DNA of 64,000 bases from Bacilli bacterium (GTDB taxonomy: Bacteria > Bacillota_I > Bacilli_A > RFN20 > CAG-826): contig JBBAWZ010000001.1 of the NCBI GenBank assembly GCA_040396875.1, positions 110,198-174,197 on the forward strand. Reading direction: 5' to 3'. The notes beneath the pieces are model-generated. The model was not told where the DNA came from. It saw only the letters and a list, made by a program, of their open reading frames with translations, and made no database searches. Each line of letters starts with the position of its first letter. Position 1 is the first letter of the stretch. The translations under genes and the position numbers were made by a program. Of the stretch, positions 10,679 to 19,799 are shown in pieces.

Positions 10679-11560
10679 ATGCCGTTGTATATAGGTAGCC
10701 ATGTTGATCTTGTTGCACCTGATTATTTAATCAATGCAGTTGAAACGTCCATTAAAAATGGTGCCAACACCATGATGATTTATACAGGCGCGCCGCAAAA
10801 CTCCATTCGTAAACCAACCGAATTGATGAAGATACAAGAAGCTCATGCGCGTATGAAAGCGCAAGGCATGCCTTTAGATAAGGTGGTTGTCCATGCCCCT
10901 TATATTATTAATTTAGGAAATACGATTAACCCCGATACGGCAACGTTAGGCGTAACCTTTTTAATTCGTGAATTATCCAGAGTTCAAGCGATGGGATTTT
11001 CTACCCTCGTCCTTCATCCAGGTGCCCACGTTGGCGTTGGTAGTGATGTAGCGTTAGCAAGTATTAGTGAACGTCTTAATCAAGTCTTTGCCGAAGATAA
11101 AACCAACGTTACCATTGCCCTAGAAACTATGTCAGGAAAAGGCTCTGAAGTCGGCATTCGCTTTGAAGACATTCGCTACCTTATCGAACATAGTGACCAA
11201 CCCGAACGACTTGGAGTCTGTCTCGATACCTGTCATATTCATGATGCCGGATATGATGTACAAGACGTGGAAGGTGTCCTGAAGGCGTTTGATCAAATCA
11301 TTGGACTCGATAAGTTAAAGGTCATTCATATCAATGATTCTAAAAATCCAAGAGGTGCCAAAAAAGACCGGCATGAAAATTTAGGATATGGTGCGATTGG
11401 TTTTGAAACGTTAAGTCGCTACGTGCATCATCCTAAACTTGCACATCTCCCTAAAATTCTTGAAACACCCTGGGTGGATGAAATTACACCTTATGCCAAA
11501 GAAATTGCGATGTTAAAAGCAAAACAATTTATTCAAGGTTGGCGAGAAACCTTAAAGTAA
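10679..11560 (+). CDS. nfo: endonuclease IV
   Basis: 293 aa, TIM-barrel AP endonuclease 2 motifs (HAPYIINL, LVLHPGAH, LETMSGKG, CLDTCH, HINDS). Confidence 0.9.
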   Translation: MPLYIGSHVDLVAPDYLINAVETSIKNGANTMMIYTGAPQNSIRKPTELMKIQEAHARMKAQGMPLDKVVVHAPYIINLGNTINPDTATLGVTFLIRELSRVQAMGFSTLVLHPGAHVGVGSDVALASISERLNQVFAEDKTNVTIALETMSGKGSEVGIRFEDIRYLIEHSDQPERLGVCLDTCHIHDAGYDVQDVEGVLKAFDQIIGLDKLKVIHINDSKNPRGAKKDRHENLGYGAIGFETLSRYVHHPKLAHLPKILETPWVDEITPYAKEIAMLKAKQFIQGWRETLK

Positions 11561-11622
11561 AAACCATAGATTAATAGGCCGATGTATGCTATGCTATCTA
11601 ACGTGATTTGGAGGATAAAAAG

Positions 11623-11772
11623 ATGAGAGAAAGTTTTATGTTAAAGTGTACGGTTTGTGGGGAAGAAAACTACTTAGCGAGTAAAAATCGCAGAACCAAA
11701 CCCGAAAAGATGGAATTAAAGAAATTTTGCAGTCGCTGCAATAAGCCTACCGTTCATAAAGAACGAAAATAA
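11623..11772 (+). CDS. rpmG: 50S ribosomal protein L33 (Cys4 zinc-ribbon form)
   Basis: Absent from the ORF track (49 aa). Translation MRESFMLKCTVCGEENYLASKNRRTKPEKMELKKFCSRCNKPTVHKERK with CxxC...CxxC. GGAGGA lies 7 nt upstream. Confidence 0.85.
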   Translation: MRESFMLKCTVCGEENYLASKNRRTKPEKMELKKFCSRCNKPTVHKERK

Positions 11773-11804
11773 TATTAATTTGAAGACATGAAGGAGGATT
11801 GTAA

Positions 11805-12362
11805 ATGGTCAATGCAACTGAATTGAGACCTGGTAACCACTTTGAATTTGAAAAGAATATCTATACGGTCATCGATGTTGGTTTAAACAAAACAGCGATG
11901 CGTAAGATGGTCGTCAAAGCCAAGGTTAAGAATCTACGAACTGGTTCGATTACAGAAATGTCATTTTTAGGTGGAACCGATGTTGAAAAAATCACCTTGG
12001 ATAAGCGTAAAATGACTTATTTGTATGAAGCAAATGGTAACTTGGTTTTTATGGATAAAATTTCTTTTGATCAATTAGAAATTACCAGAGAAAAATTAGC
12101 GTGGGAAGTCAATTTTTTAGTCACGGAACAAGAAATTGAAATCTTATTCTATGAAACAGAAATTTTAGGGGTTTCATTACCTGCTAAAGTTGCCTTAAAA
12201 GTCTCCGAATGTGAACCTGCTGTTAAAGGTGACACTATTAATAAGGCGATGAAAGAAGCGACCCTTGAAACTGGTTATAAGCTTCGCGTGCCTTTATTTA
12301 TTTCTGAAGGTGAAATCATCAGCATTCGTACGGAAGACGGAAGTTACGACGGTCGAGCTTAA
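11805..12362 (+). CDS. efp: elongation factor P
   Basis: 185 aa. N-terminus MVNATELRPGNHFEF... and KVKNLRTGS align to EF-P. AAGGAGGA Shine-Dalgarno sequence. Confidence 0.9.
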   Translation: MVNATELRPGNHFEFEKNIYTVIDVGLNKTAMRKMVVKAKVKNLRTGSITEMSFLGGTDVEKITLDKRKMTYLYEANGNLVFMDKISFDQLEITREKLAWEVNFLVTEQEIEILFYETEILGVSLPAKVALKVSECEPAVKGDTINKAMKEATLETGYKLRVPLFISEGEIISIRTEDGSYDGRA

Positions 12363-12383
12363 ATCCTAAAGGAGGATCAAATC

Positions 12384-12599
12384 ATGGATATCTGGCAAAC
12401 ATTGTTGTATTTATTTATAGGTTTAATTGGTGGACTTGTCGGTGGTTTTTTCCTATCAAGATGGTACTTTAAAAGAGAATTAGCTAAAAATCCTCCCATT
12501 AATGAAAAAATGATTCGTGCGATGTTTATGTCGATGGGACGCAAACCCAACGAAGCTCAAGTTCGCGCTGTGATTAACAGCATGAACGCTCAAAAATAA
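12384..12599 (+). CDS. yneF: UPF0154 small membrane protein (YneF-like)
   Basis: 71 aa. One N-terminal TM helix, then KNPPINEKMIRAMFMSMGRKPNEAQV, which closely parallels B. subtilis YneF ([24 protein letters not shown]) as I recall it. Confidence 0.75.
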   Translation: MDIWQTLLYLFIGLIGGLVGGFFLSRWYFKRELAKNPPINEKMIRAMFMSMGRKPNEAQVRAVINSMNAQK

Positions 12600-13286
12600 T
12601 TATTTAATTTTCTTTTTGAAGTCTAATTCTCTTCCAGCGAGTAATCGCTGGATATTTTCTTTATGGCGATAAACAAGTAAGAACCAGATTAGAAGGTTCG
12701 TTAATGTAAACAACCAACCGGATTGAACACCATTCCACATTCCCACTTCTGATAAAGCGGGAATCCATAAGAGCAAGGTTAAGCAAACGGCAAAAAGGTG
12801 ACCAAGAATGGAGCCAATCGATACAATCTTTTTAACCTTGATAATCGTCAGCATCATCGCTAGGCCAACCAAGGCAATGATCCAATTCGTCATCAACATA
12901 AATGACCCGGCTGAGGAAACAGCCTTGCCGCCTCTAAATTGGGCAAATATTGGATAGCAATGCCCAAGACCCGTTCCGATTCCCGTTAACATAATGGCCA
13001 GTTGACCTAAGAAGGGGTTTTGAGTGGCGAGGGACGTCCATTGAAAAACGAACATTGATGCAATCCACACAGGAAGAATACTTTTTGTTAAATCCATGAT
13101 AAAAACCAAGGTTGCGGCAAACTTTCCAAAATTTCGGTAAACATTGGTCATGCCACTTCCACCTGATCCAAGTTTTCTTACATCCTTTTGATAGAGTAAT
13201 TGGCCAATCCAGACTCCAGAAGGAATGGAGGCTAGCAAGTAGCCAATCAGCATTGGAACGAAGGTTAATGCGAGGTTTTGAATCAT
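12600..13286 (-). CDS. plsY: glycerol-3-phosphate acyltransferase PlsY
   Basis: 228 aa polytopic membrane protein with GSGGSGMTNVYR and GGKAV motifs, adjacent to parE-parC as in B. subtilis. Confidence 0.85.
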   Translation of the reverse strand: MIQNLALTFVPMLIGYLLASIPSGVWIGQLLYQKDVRKLGSGGSGMTNVYRNFGKFAATLVFIMDLTKSILPVWIASMFVFQWTSLATQNPFLGQLAIMLTGIGTGLGHCYPIFAQFRGGKAVSSAGSFMLMTNWIIALVGLAMMLTIIKVKKIVSIGSILGHLFAVCLTLLLWIPALSEVGMWNGVQSGWLFTLTNLLIWFLLVYRHKENIQRLLAGRELDFKKKIK

Positions 13287-13312
13287 ATTTTTTTACGCTT
13301 TCTGTGTAATTT

Positions 13313-13321
13313 TGCTATAAT
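13313..13321 (+). promoter_or_regulatory. extended -10 promoter element (TGCTATAAT) for parE-parC
   Basis: TGCTATAAT lies 24 nt upstream of the parE ATG in the plsY/parE divergent spacer. Confidence 0.5.
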
Positions 13322-13345
13322 ACTTTAGGTAAATGATAACGAAAA

Positions 13346-15301
13346 ATGGCTAAAAATCAAAACTTAAATACATATAACGAAGATAGCATTGATGTACTGG
13401 AAGGCCTTGATGGGGTACGCAAACGTCCAGCCATGTATATTGGCTCAACCAATAGCATCGGTTTACATCACTTAGTTTGGGAAATCTTAGACAATGCCAT
13501 CGATGAAGCCTTATCTGGTTTTGGTGACACGATCACTCTTACCATTCATCAAGATGGATCTCTATCTGTAAAAGATGAAGGACGTGGTATCCCAGTTGGT
13601 ATTCAAAAACAAACGGGTAAGCCTGCTGTTGAAATCATCTTTTCAACGCTTCATAGCGGTGGTAAATTTTCAGATAAAAACTATGTTTCAAGCGCAGGTT
13701 TGCATGGTGTTGGTGCCTCGGTTACCAATGCATTGTCTGAATATGTTGACGTCATCGTTAATCGAGAAGGATTCAGCTATCATATTCGTTTTGAAAATGG
13801 TGGTAAGAAAATTGGTAAATTAGAAAAAGTTGGCAAGTCCAACAAGACAGGAACGCTCGTACGCTTCAAACCGGATCCTAAAGTCTTTAGCACGGTTGAA
13901 TTTAAATGGGAAACCATTATTGCCCACTTACAAGAATCAGCTTTTTTAATGAAAAAAGTAAGATTTATTGCCAAAGATGAACGTAGCAAAATGGAAGCAG
14001 AATATTACTATGAAGAAGGCTTAAAAGAATATATTGCTACCTTAAATGAAACCAAAGAAAAGATGCATCCAGTACTGGTTTTTGAAGATTTAACAGGTGA
14101 AATCAAAGTTGAAGTAGCGATGCAATATTGTTTACAGGACTATAACGAAAGTATTTATTCCTATGTAAATAACATTCGTACCAAAGATGGTGGTACGCAT
14201 GAAAATGGCTTCCGTGCCGGTTTAACTAGAGCCGTTAATGAATATGCCGACATCAATAATTTATTAAGAAATAAAGTAAAGTTAGAAGGTAGCGATATTC
14301 GTGAAGGACTTACGGCTATTATCTCCTTGAAGATTCCAGAAGGAAAACTTGAATTTGAAGGCCAAACCAAAGGCAAACTTGGCACACCGGACGCTTTAGC
14401 CTATGTCCAAAACATGATCCTTTCCAAGCTAACCTATTACCTTACAGAAAATAAAGATTTTGCCACCAACTTAATCAAAAAATGTGTCGATTCTCAAGCT
14501 GCAAGAATGGCAGCTCGTAAGGCAAAAGAAGAAGCGCGTGGAAACAAAAAACTACGTTCAGATACGTTGTTATCTGATAAACTAACACCGGCTCAAAGTA
14601 AAGAATATGCCTTAAATGAATTGTTTATAGTCGAAGGTGATTCTGCTGGTGGTACGGCTAAAAATGGTCGGGATCGATTGCACCAAGCCATCTTACCTTT
14701 ACGTGGTAAGCCATTAAATACCGATAGTTTAACGATGGAACAAATGTTAAAGAATACTGAATTTGCAACCTTAATTGCAACGATTGGTGCCGGTGTTGGT
14801 CCCGCTTTTGATATACAAGATTCTAAATACGGCAAAATTATTATAATGACTGACGCGGATACCGATGGCGCCCATATTCAAACGTTGTTATTAACCTTCT
14901 TTTATCATCACATGCGCCCCCTGATTCAAGCTGGAAAAGTTTACATTGCGATTCCACCCTTATATCGTGTCATGAATGAACAAAAGCCAACCCAATTTGT
15001 TTATGCATGGACCGAAGAAGAACTTGAATTAGGCAAAAAGAACGTCGGCTCACCTTATCGTATTTCACGTTATAAAGGTCTCGGTGAAATGAATGCATCG
15101 CAACTCAAAGAAACCACCATGGATCCAAAAACAAGAACTTTAATTCGCGTCAACATTGAAGATCCACTCATCGTCGAACGTCGCGTCGGTATCCTCATGG
15201 GTAAAGACCCGTCAGTTCGTCGCAAATGGGTTGAAGAAAATATCGACTTTACCATTCGTGAAGTAGTCGGAAAGGGAAAAGAAGATGGCAAAAAAATCTA
15301 A
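13346..15301 (+). CDS. parE: type IIA topoisomerase ATPase subunit, most likely topoisomerase IV ParE
   Basis: GHKL ATPase and TOPRIM motifs (LEGLDGVRKRPAMYIGST, EGDSAGG, DADTDGAHI). Called ParE rather than GyrB from plsY-parE-parC synteny and because the partner subunit lacks a GyrA box. Confidence 0.8.
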   Translation: MAKNQNLNTYNEDSIDVLEGLDGVRKRPAMYIGSTNSIGLHHLVWEILDNAIDEALSGFGDTITLTIHQDGSLSVKDEGRGIPVGIQKQTGKPAVEIIFSTLHSGGKFSDKNYVSSAGLHGVGASVTNALSEYVDVIVNREGFSYHIRFENGGKKIGKLEKVGKSNKTGTLVRFKPDPKVFSTVEFKWETIIAHLQESAFLMKKVRFIAKDERSKMEAEYYYEEGLKEYIATLNETKEKMHPVLVFEDLTGEIKVEVAMQYCLQDYNESIYSYVNNIRTKDGGTHENGFRAGLTRAVNEYADINNLLRNKVKLEGSDIREGLTAIISLKIPEGKLEFEGQTKGKLGTPDALAYVQNMILSKLTYYLTENKDFATNLIKKCVDSQAARMAARKAKEEARGNKKLRSDTLLSDKLTPAQSKEYALNELFIVEGDSAGGTAKNGRDRLHQAILPLRGKPLNTDSLTMEQMLKNTEFATLIATIGAGVGPAFDIQDSKYGKIIIMTDADTDGAHIQTLLLTFFYHHMRPLIQAGKVYIAIPPLYRVMNEQKPTQFVYAWTEEELELGKKNVGSPYRISRYKGLGEMNASQLKETTMDPKTRTLIRVNIEDPLIVERRVGILMGKDPSVRRKWVEENIDFTIREVVGKGKEDGKKI

Positions 15302-17843
15302 ACCTATTCCCAAACCAATTGTTGAAAAAATCAATGTTGCTCCACTTGAAGATATCATGGGCGAACGTTATGCAACGTATGCTAAATATGTCATTCAAGA
15401 TCGTGCCATTCCTGATTTAAGAGACGGATTAAAACCGGTTCAACGTCGTATTATTTATGCGATGTATCATTCCAATAACGTCTTTAGAAAACCCTATCGC
15501 AAAAGTGCAACGAGTGTTGGGGAAGTCATGGGTAAATATCACCCACACGGCGATGCATCCATTTATGACGCATTGGTCCACATGTCTCAACCATGGAAAT
15601 ATCGTGTTCCTTTAATCGACTTTCAAGGTAATAACGGATCCATCGATGGCGATAATGCTGCGGCGCATCGTTATACAGAAGTTCGTTTAGCCCAAATCAC
15701 CGAAGAACTGGTTCGTGATATTGACAAGAATACCGTCGATACACAATTAACCTTTGATGACTCTCAAGATGAACCCGTGGTCTTACCAGCACGTTTTCCT
15801 AATCTTTTAGTGAATGGAACACAAGGCATTGCAGTTGCCATGGCGACCAATATTCCTCCACACAATTTACGAGATGTCATTGATGCAGTCATTTATCGTT
15901 TGGGTCATAAAAAAGCAACCATTGAAGATCTTATTGATATCGTGAAGGGTCCTGATTTCCCAACAGGCGGCACCATCTATCGTACGGATTCTTTAAAACA
16001 AATCTATTTAACTGGCCACGGTCGCGTTGAAATTTTATCGAAAGCAGAGATTACCAAACTCAAAGGTTATCATCAAATTGTTATCAAAGAAATTCCATAT
16101 GGCGTGATTAAATCTGCACTTGTCAAACAAATGGATGAAATCCGTTTTAAGAAAATCATCGATGGCATTATCGAAGTACGCGATGAATCCGATCATCATG
16201 GTATGAGAATCGCCATCGATATTCGAGAAGATGCTAACCCTGAAAAAATCCTCCAATATTTTTATTCTAAAACCGATTTAAAGAGTTCTTTCTCTGCCAA
16301 CATGGTGGCGATTAATAAAGGCCACCCGATTACCTTTAATTTACTTCAATACGTCGATGCGTATATTGATCACCAAGTCGAAGTGATCACTAGACTTTCA
16401 AACTTTGATTTAGTCAAAGCATCTGCTCGTTTAGAAATTGTCGAAGGGCTCATCAAAGCGATTGGTATCTTAGATGAAGTGGTGAAAGTCATTCGCAAGA
16501 GTGAAGACAAGCAAGACGCAATGGCGAATTTAGAAAAGAAATTTGCTTTCACAAAATCTCAAGCAGACGCGATTGTATCGTTACAACTTTATCGCTTGAC
16601 CAACACAGATGTAACAACGTTAAAAGAAGAAGAAAAGCAATTAAAAGCGACGATTAAAGAACTCAAGGAAATTCTTGATGACCGAGAAGTCCTCAATAAA
16701 AAGATAATCAAAGATTTAAAATTGATTGCCAGTCAATATGGTCAAAATCGTTTAACCAAGATTGCAACGGAACCAAAAGAAACCTTACAAATTGATAAGC
16801 GAGATTTAATTGCCAAAGAAGATGTGTATATTTCCGTCACGCGAGATGGTTATATTAAACGGTCTCCATTGAAATCATATAAGAGTTCAGAAGGCGTATG
16901 GCCAGGCATTAAAGAAGCCGACTTATTGGTTGGAGTTGGACCTGCAACAACCTTAGATTACGTATTAGTGTTCACCCAACTTGGAAACTATTTATTCATT
17001 CCGATTCATGAACTTCAAGAAACCAAATGGAAAGATGAAGGTAAGCATATCAATTACCTCGTCAATCTCGGACCTGAAGAAAAGCTCATTAAAGCTTTGA
17101 TTGTCTCTGATTTTAAACCAGATGCTTTTGTGGTGATGGTGACACGAAACGGTCAATTAAAGAAAACCCCATTATCGGAATTCATGGTGCAACGATATAG
17201 TAAGCCTTTGACCTGTATGCGATTACTCGGTGATGACACGGTTGTCGATGTTGATATCACCAACGGTCAAGGTCAACTCTTGATTGCCACCTTAGAAGGT
17301 AACGTTACTTATTTCTCAGAAAAAGAAGTCAATCCTGTTGGGGTCAAAGCTGGTGGCGTCAAAGCCATTGCTTCCTTATTGGGTAAAGATCGATTAGCAA
17401 AGTTGTTAGTCTACCAACCCGAAGAACGTGGAAAAATCGTGATGTTTACACGTCAAGGAAACTTTAGAATCTTTGATATCAGTTATGTGGATCTCACTTC
17501 ACGTTTAGGTAAAGTTCAATACATTTTCCAAAGCTTTAAATCTGAACCGCATCAACTTGCCTATTGGCGAAAACTCAATAAACAAGATGAATTTTTGAAA
17601 GTAACCTTATTACTCTCAAACAAAGAATTGGTGAACTTGGAAACCAATGATTATGCTCCAACGCCAACCGATAAATATGCTAAGAAAAACATCTCTATGC
17701 CAAAGGGAACAGATGTTATTGGTGTTTATCATGATGCCATCACCCGCATTGATAACCAATATAAAACAGTAGCCCTACCCAAAGTTGATTTAGAAAATGG
17801 AGACAAAATAGAAAAAGTCTCCCTATTTGACGATAAGAAATAA
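15285..17843 (+). CDS. parC: type IIA topoisomerase DNA-cleavage subunit, most likely topoisomerase IV ParC
   Basis: RDGLKPVQRRIIYAM, YHPHGD, active-site AAHRYTEVRL. No QRRGGKG-type GyrA box after TRDGYIKRSPL. 17-nt overlap with parE. Confidence 0.8.
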   Translation: MAKKSKPIPKPIVEKINVAPLEDIMGERYATYAKYVIQDRAIPDLRDGLKPVQRRIIYAMYHSNNVFRKPYRKSATSVGEVMGKYHPHGDASIYDALVHMSQPWKYRVPLIDFQGNNGSIDGDNAAAHRYTEVRLAQITEELVRDIDKNTVDTQLTFDDSQDEPVVLPARFPNLLVNGTQGIAVAMATNIPPHNLRDVIDAVIYRLGHKKATIEDLIDIVKGPDFPTGGTIYRTDSLKQIYLTGHGRVEILSKAEITKLKGYHQIVIKEIPYGVIKSALVKQMDEIRFKKIIDGIIEVRDESDHHGMRIAIDIREDANPEKILQYFYSKTDLKSSFSANMVAINKGHPITFNLLQYVDAYIDHQVEVITRLSNFDLVKASARLEIVEGLIKAIGILDEVVKVIRKSEDKQDAMANLEKKFAFTKSQADAIVSLQLYRLTNTDVTTLKEEEKQLKATIKELKEILDDREVLNKKIIKDLKLIASQYGQNRLTKIATEPKETLQIDKRDLIAKEDVYISVTRDGYIKRSPLKSYKSSEGVWPGIKEADLLVGVGPATTLDYVLVFTQLGNYLFIPIHELQETKWKDEGKHINYLVNLGPEEKLIKALIVSDFKPDAFVVMVTRNGQLKKTPLSEFMVQRYSKPLTCMRLLGDDTVVDVDITNGQGQLLIATLEGNVTYFSEKEVNPVGVKAGGVKAIASLLGKDRLAKLLVYQPEERGKIVMFTRQGNFRIFDISYVDLTSRLGKVQYIFQSFKSEPHQLAYWRKLNKQDEFLKVTLLLSNKELVNLETNDYAPTPTDKYAKKNISMPKGTDVIGVYHDAITRIDNQYKTVALPKVDLENGDKIEKVSLFDDKK

Positions 17844-18376
17844 TGAAAGGTCAACGTTCTTCCATCTGGCAACCCACGTTTTACGCGCCTAAACTCACAG
17901 AGGTGACTGCGGATTTCTTTGTCAAACAAGGCATCACCACTTTATGTTGTGATTTGGATAACACATTAGCCCCCTATGATGAATTAAAGCCAAGAAAAGT
18001 AATTTTAGCTTGGATTCAGAAGATGAAAGATGCTGGTTTACATTTTTTAATCATTTCAAATAACGATGATGAAAGAGTTAAACCATTTGCAAAAGCCGTT
18101 GGGGTAGACTACCTAGCCAAAACTGGTAAACCTTTTCAGAACAAACTCCTTATATTTTTAGCACAAAAGGGTTATTCTAAAGACAAGGTGATGGTGATCG
18201 GTGATCAATTACTGACGGACGTGTGGTTGGCAAATCGTTTGGGTATGAAAAGTTTGTTTGTTGAAAAACTAGTCCCATATGATCATTGGCCTACGAAACC
18301 GAATCGGTTCATCGAACATTGGTTAAAGAAACGTTATCGTCGGCAACATCGCTTTCACCACTGGAGGGATCAATGA
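17843..18376 (+). CDS. yqeG: YqeG-family HAD phosphatase
   Basis: CDLDNTL nucleophile motif and GDQLLTD, 177 aa, precedes yqeH as in Firmicutes. Confidence 0.8.
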   Translation: MKGQRSSIWQPTFYAPKLTEVTADFFVKQGITTLCCDLDNTLAPYDELKPRKVILAWIQKMKDAGLHFLIISNNDDERVKPFAKAVGVDYLAKTGKPFQNKLLIFLAQKGYSKDKVMVIGDQLLTDVWLANRLGMKSLFVEKLVPYDHWPTKPNRFIEHWLKKRYRRQHRFHHWRDQ

Positions 18377-19512
18377 TGAATGAGATGAGAATAATTCGCC
18401 GTTGTCCTGGTTGTGGCGTCATCCTACAAACCTTAGATCAGCAATTACCGGGTTATGTGCCTGTTAAACACGTCGATCGACATGAAGTCGTATTATGTCA
18501 ACGATGCTTTAAGATCCAACATTATGGGGAAGATATTGCCCCTAAAGAATCATTCCTTTTCGATGACTTTTATCAAATACTCGCCAAAGCCAAAAAGGAT
18601 CAAGCAAGTATTATTTGGGTCTTAGATATCCTCAATTTTGAAACCACCTTATCTGCTGAACTCTTAAGTGCTGTTAAAGGTTTAAAGGTTTATTTTATTG
18701 CCACCAAGAGAGATTTATTACCCAAAACACTCAATCAAAAAAAGCTGATGACCTATATTGAAAATTTCTTCAAGACGATGAACATGGAATACGTCAAGAT
18801 TATCATTGCTTCCAGTAAAACCAATGAAGCATTAGATGACATCAAAGCGATGATCGCAGAAGACAATCAAGGAAAAGATTTATATGTGATAGGGGCGACA
18901 AGTTCTGGAAAATCGAGCTTAATTAACACTTACTTAAAGCATTTTTCAAATCAAACCAAAAAGCTCATTACCACCTCTCCGTTCCCAGGTACCACCTTAC
19001 GTGTCATTGAGATTCCTTTGAATGATACCCAAACCATCTATGACACCCCAGGCTATGTTGCCAATCACTCGATGTTATCAAAAGTAGAAAAAGAAGTGAT
19101 TAAAGTGATGATGCCAAAGGTCGAGATCAAACCAGTGGGTTATCGTTTAGGAGCAAAAGATGCATTGGCGATCGGCGGATTAGCGCGTTTAGAAATCCTC
19201 ACGGGCAAAAAAGAATTTGTTTATGGCTATTTTGCTAACACCATCACTTTTCAAAAAATGGCGATTCAAAAAGCCGATGAATCTTTTTTTAAGATGATTG
19301 AAAAAAATCAACTAAAACCTATCTCCAAGAACTTTGTTAAAAAAGAAGATTTTACCTTGGTAGAGTTTACCTTACCCTCCAAAGGTAGAGCCGACCTTGC
19401 CATATCCGGTTATGGATGGTTGAGTTTTGTAGCAGAAGGGCAAACCGTCCGTTTACTCTTACCAAAAGGAGTCTTGGCAAAATTATTACCAAGTAAAGTG
19501 CAATCCATATGA
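18373..19512 (+). CDS. yqeH: ribosome biogenesis GTPase YqeH
   Basis: N-terminal zinc finger CPGCG...CQRC, circularly permuted GTPase (TKRD ... GATSSGKSSLIN ... DTPG). The in-frame ATG 18373 overlaps the yqeG stop. The track start at 18286 lies inside yqeG. Confidence 0.85.
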   Translation: MMNEMRIIRRCPGCGVILQTLDQQLPGYVPVKHVDRHEVVLCQRCFKIQHYGEDIAPKESFLFDDFYQILAKAKKDQASIIWVLDILNFETTLSAELLSAVKGLKVYFIATKRDLLPKTLNQKKLMTYIENFFKTMNMEYVKIIIASSKTNEALDDIKAMIAEDNQGKDLYVIGATSSGKSSLINTYLKHFSNQTKKLITTSPFPGTTLRVIEIPLNDTQTIYDTPGYVANHSMLSKVEKEVIKVMMPKVEIKPVGYRLGAKDALAIGGLARLEILTGKKEFVYGYFANTITFQKMAIQKADESFFKMIEKNQLKPISKNFVKKEDFTLVEFTLPSKGRADLAISGYGWLSFVAEGQTVRLLLPKGVLAKLLPSKVQSI

Positions 19513-19799
19513 CAACCAAACAACGATTATATTTAAGAAAACTAGGGCAAACCTTACCCACCAAATATCAAGTAGGTAAAGATACGGTGCATCCTGAACT
19601 CATTCAATTATTAGAATTAGCCTTAACCAAAAATGAATTGATTAAGGTCCACCTTTTAAAATCTTCTCAAACGGATGCAGATAACTTTTTACCCAAATTA
19701 GTGAAAACCCTAAAAGCAGAACTCGTCCAAACGATTGGGCATCGCGTGATTCTTTATCGGCCTCATCCAACGAACCCAAGGATTCAATTACCAACATGA
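19509..19799 (+). CDS. yhbY: CRM-domain RNA-binding protein YhbY/YqeI
   Basis: 96 aa, KQRLYLRKLGQTLPTKYQVGKDTV...GHRVILYR pattern, position between yqeH and nadD. Confidence 0.8.
   Translation: MTTKQRLYLRKLGQTLPTKYQVGKDTVHPELIQLLELALTKNELIKVHLLKSSQTDADNFLPKLVKTLKAELVQTIGHRVILYRPHPTNPRIQLPT

Noticed and set aside
13346-17843. Calling the topoisomerase pair gyrB/gyrA
   Set aside because: There is no GyrA-box (QRRGGKG-like) in the A-type subunit. The plsY-adjacent context matches parE-parC, and there is no dnaA/dnaN/recF neighbourhood. Some uncertainty remains without phylogeny.
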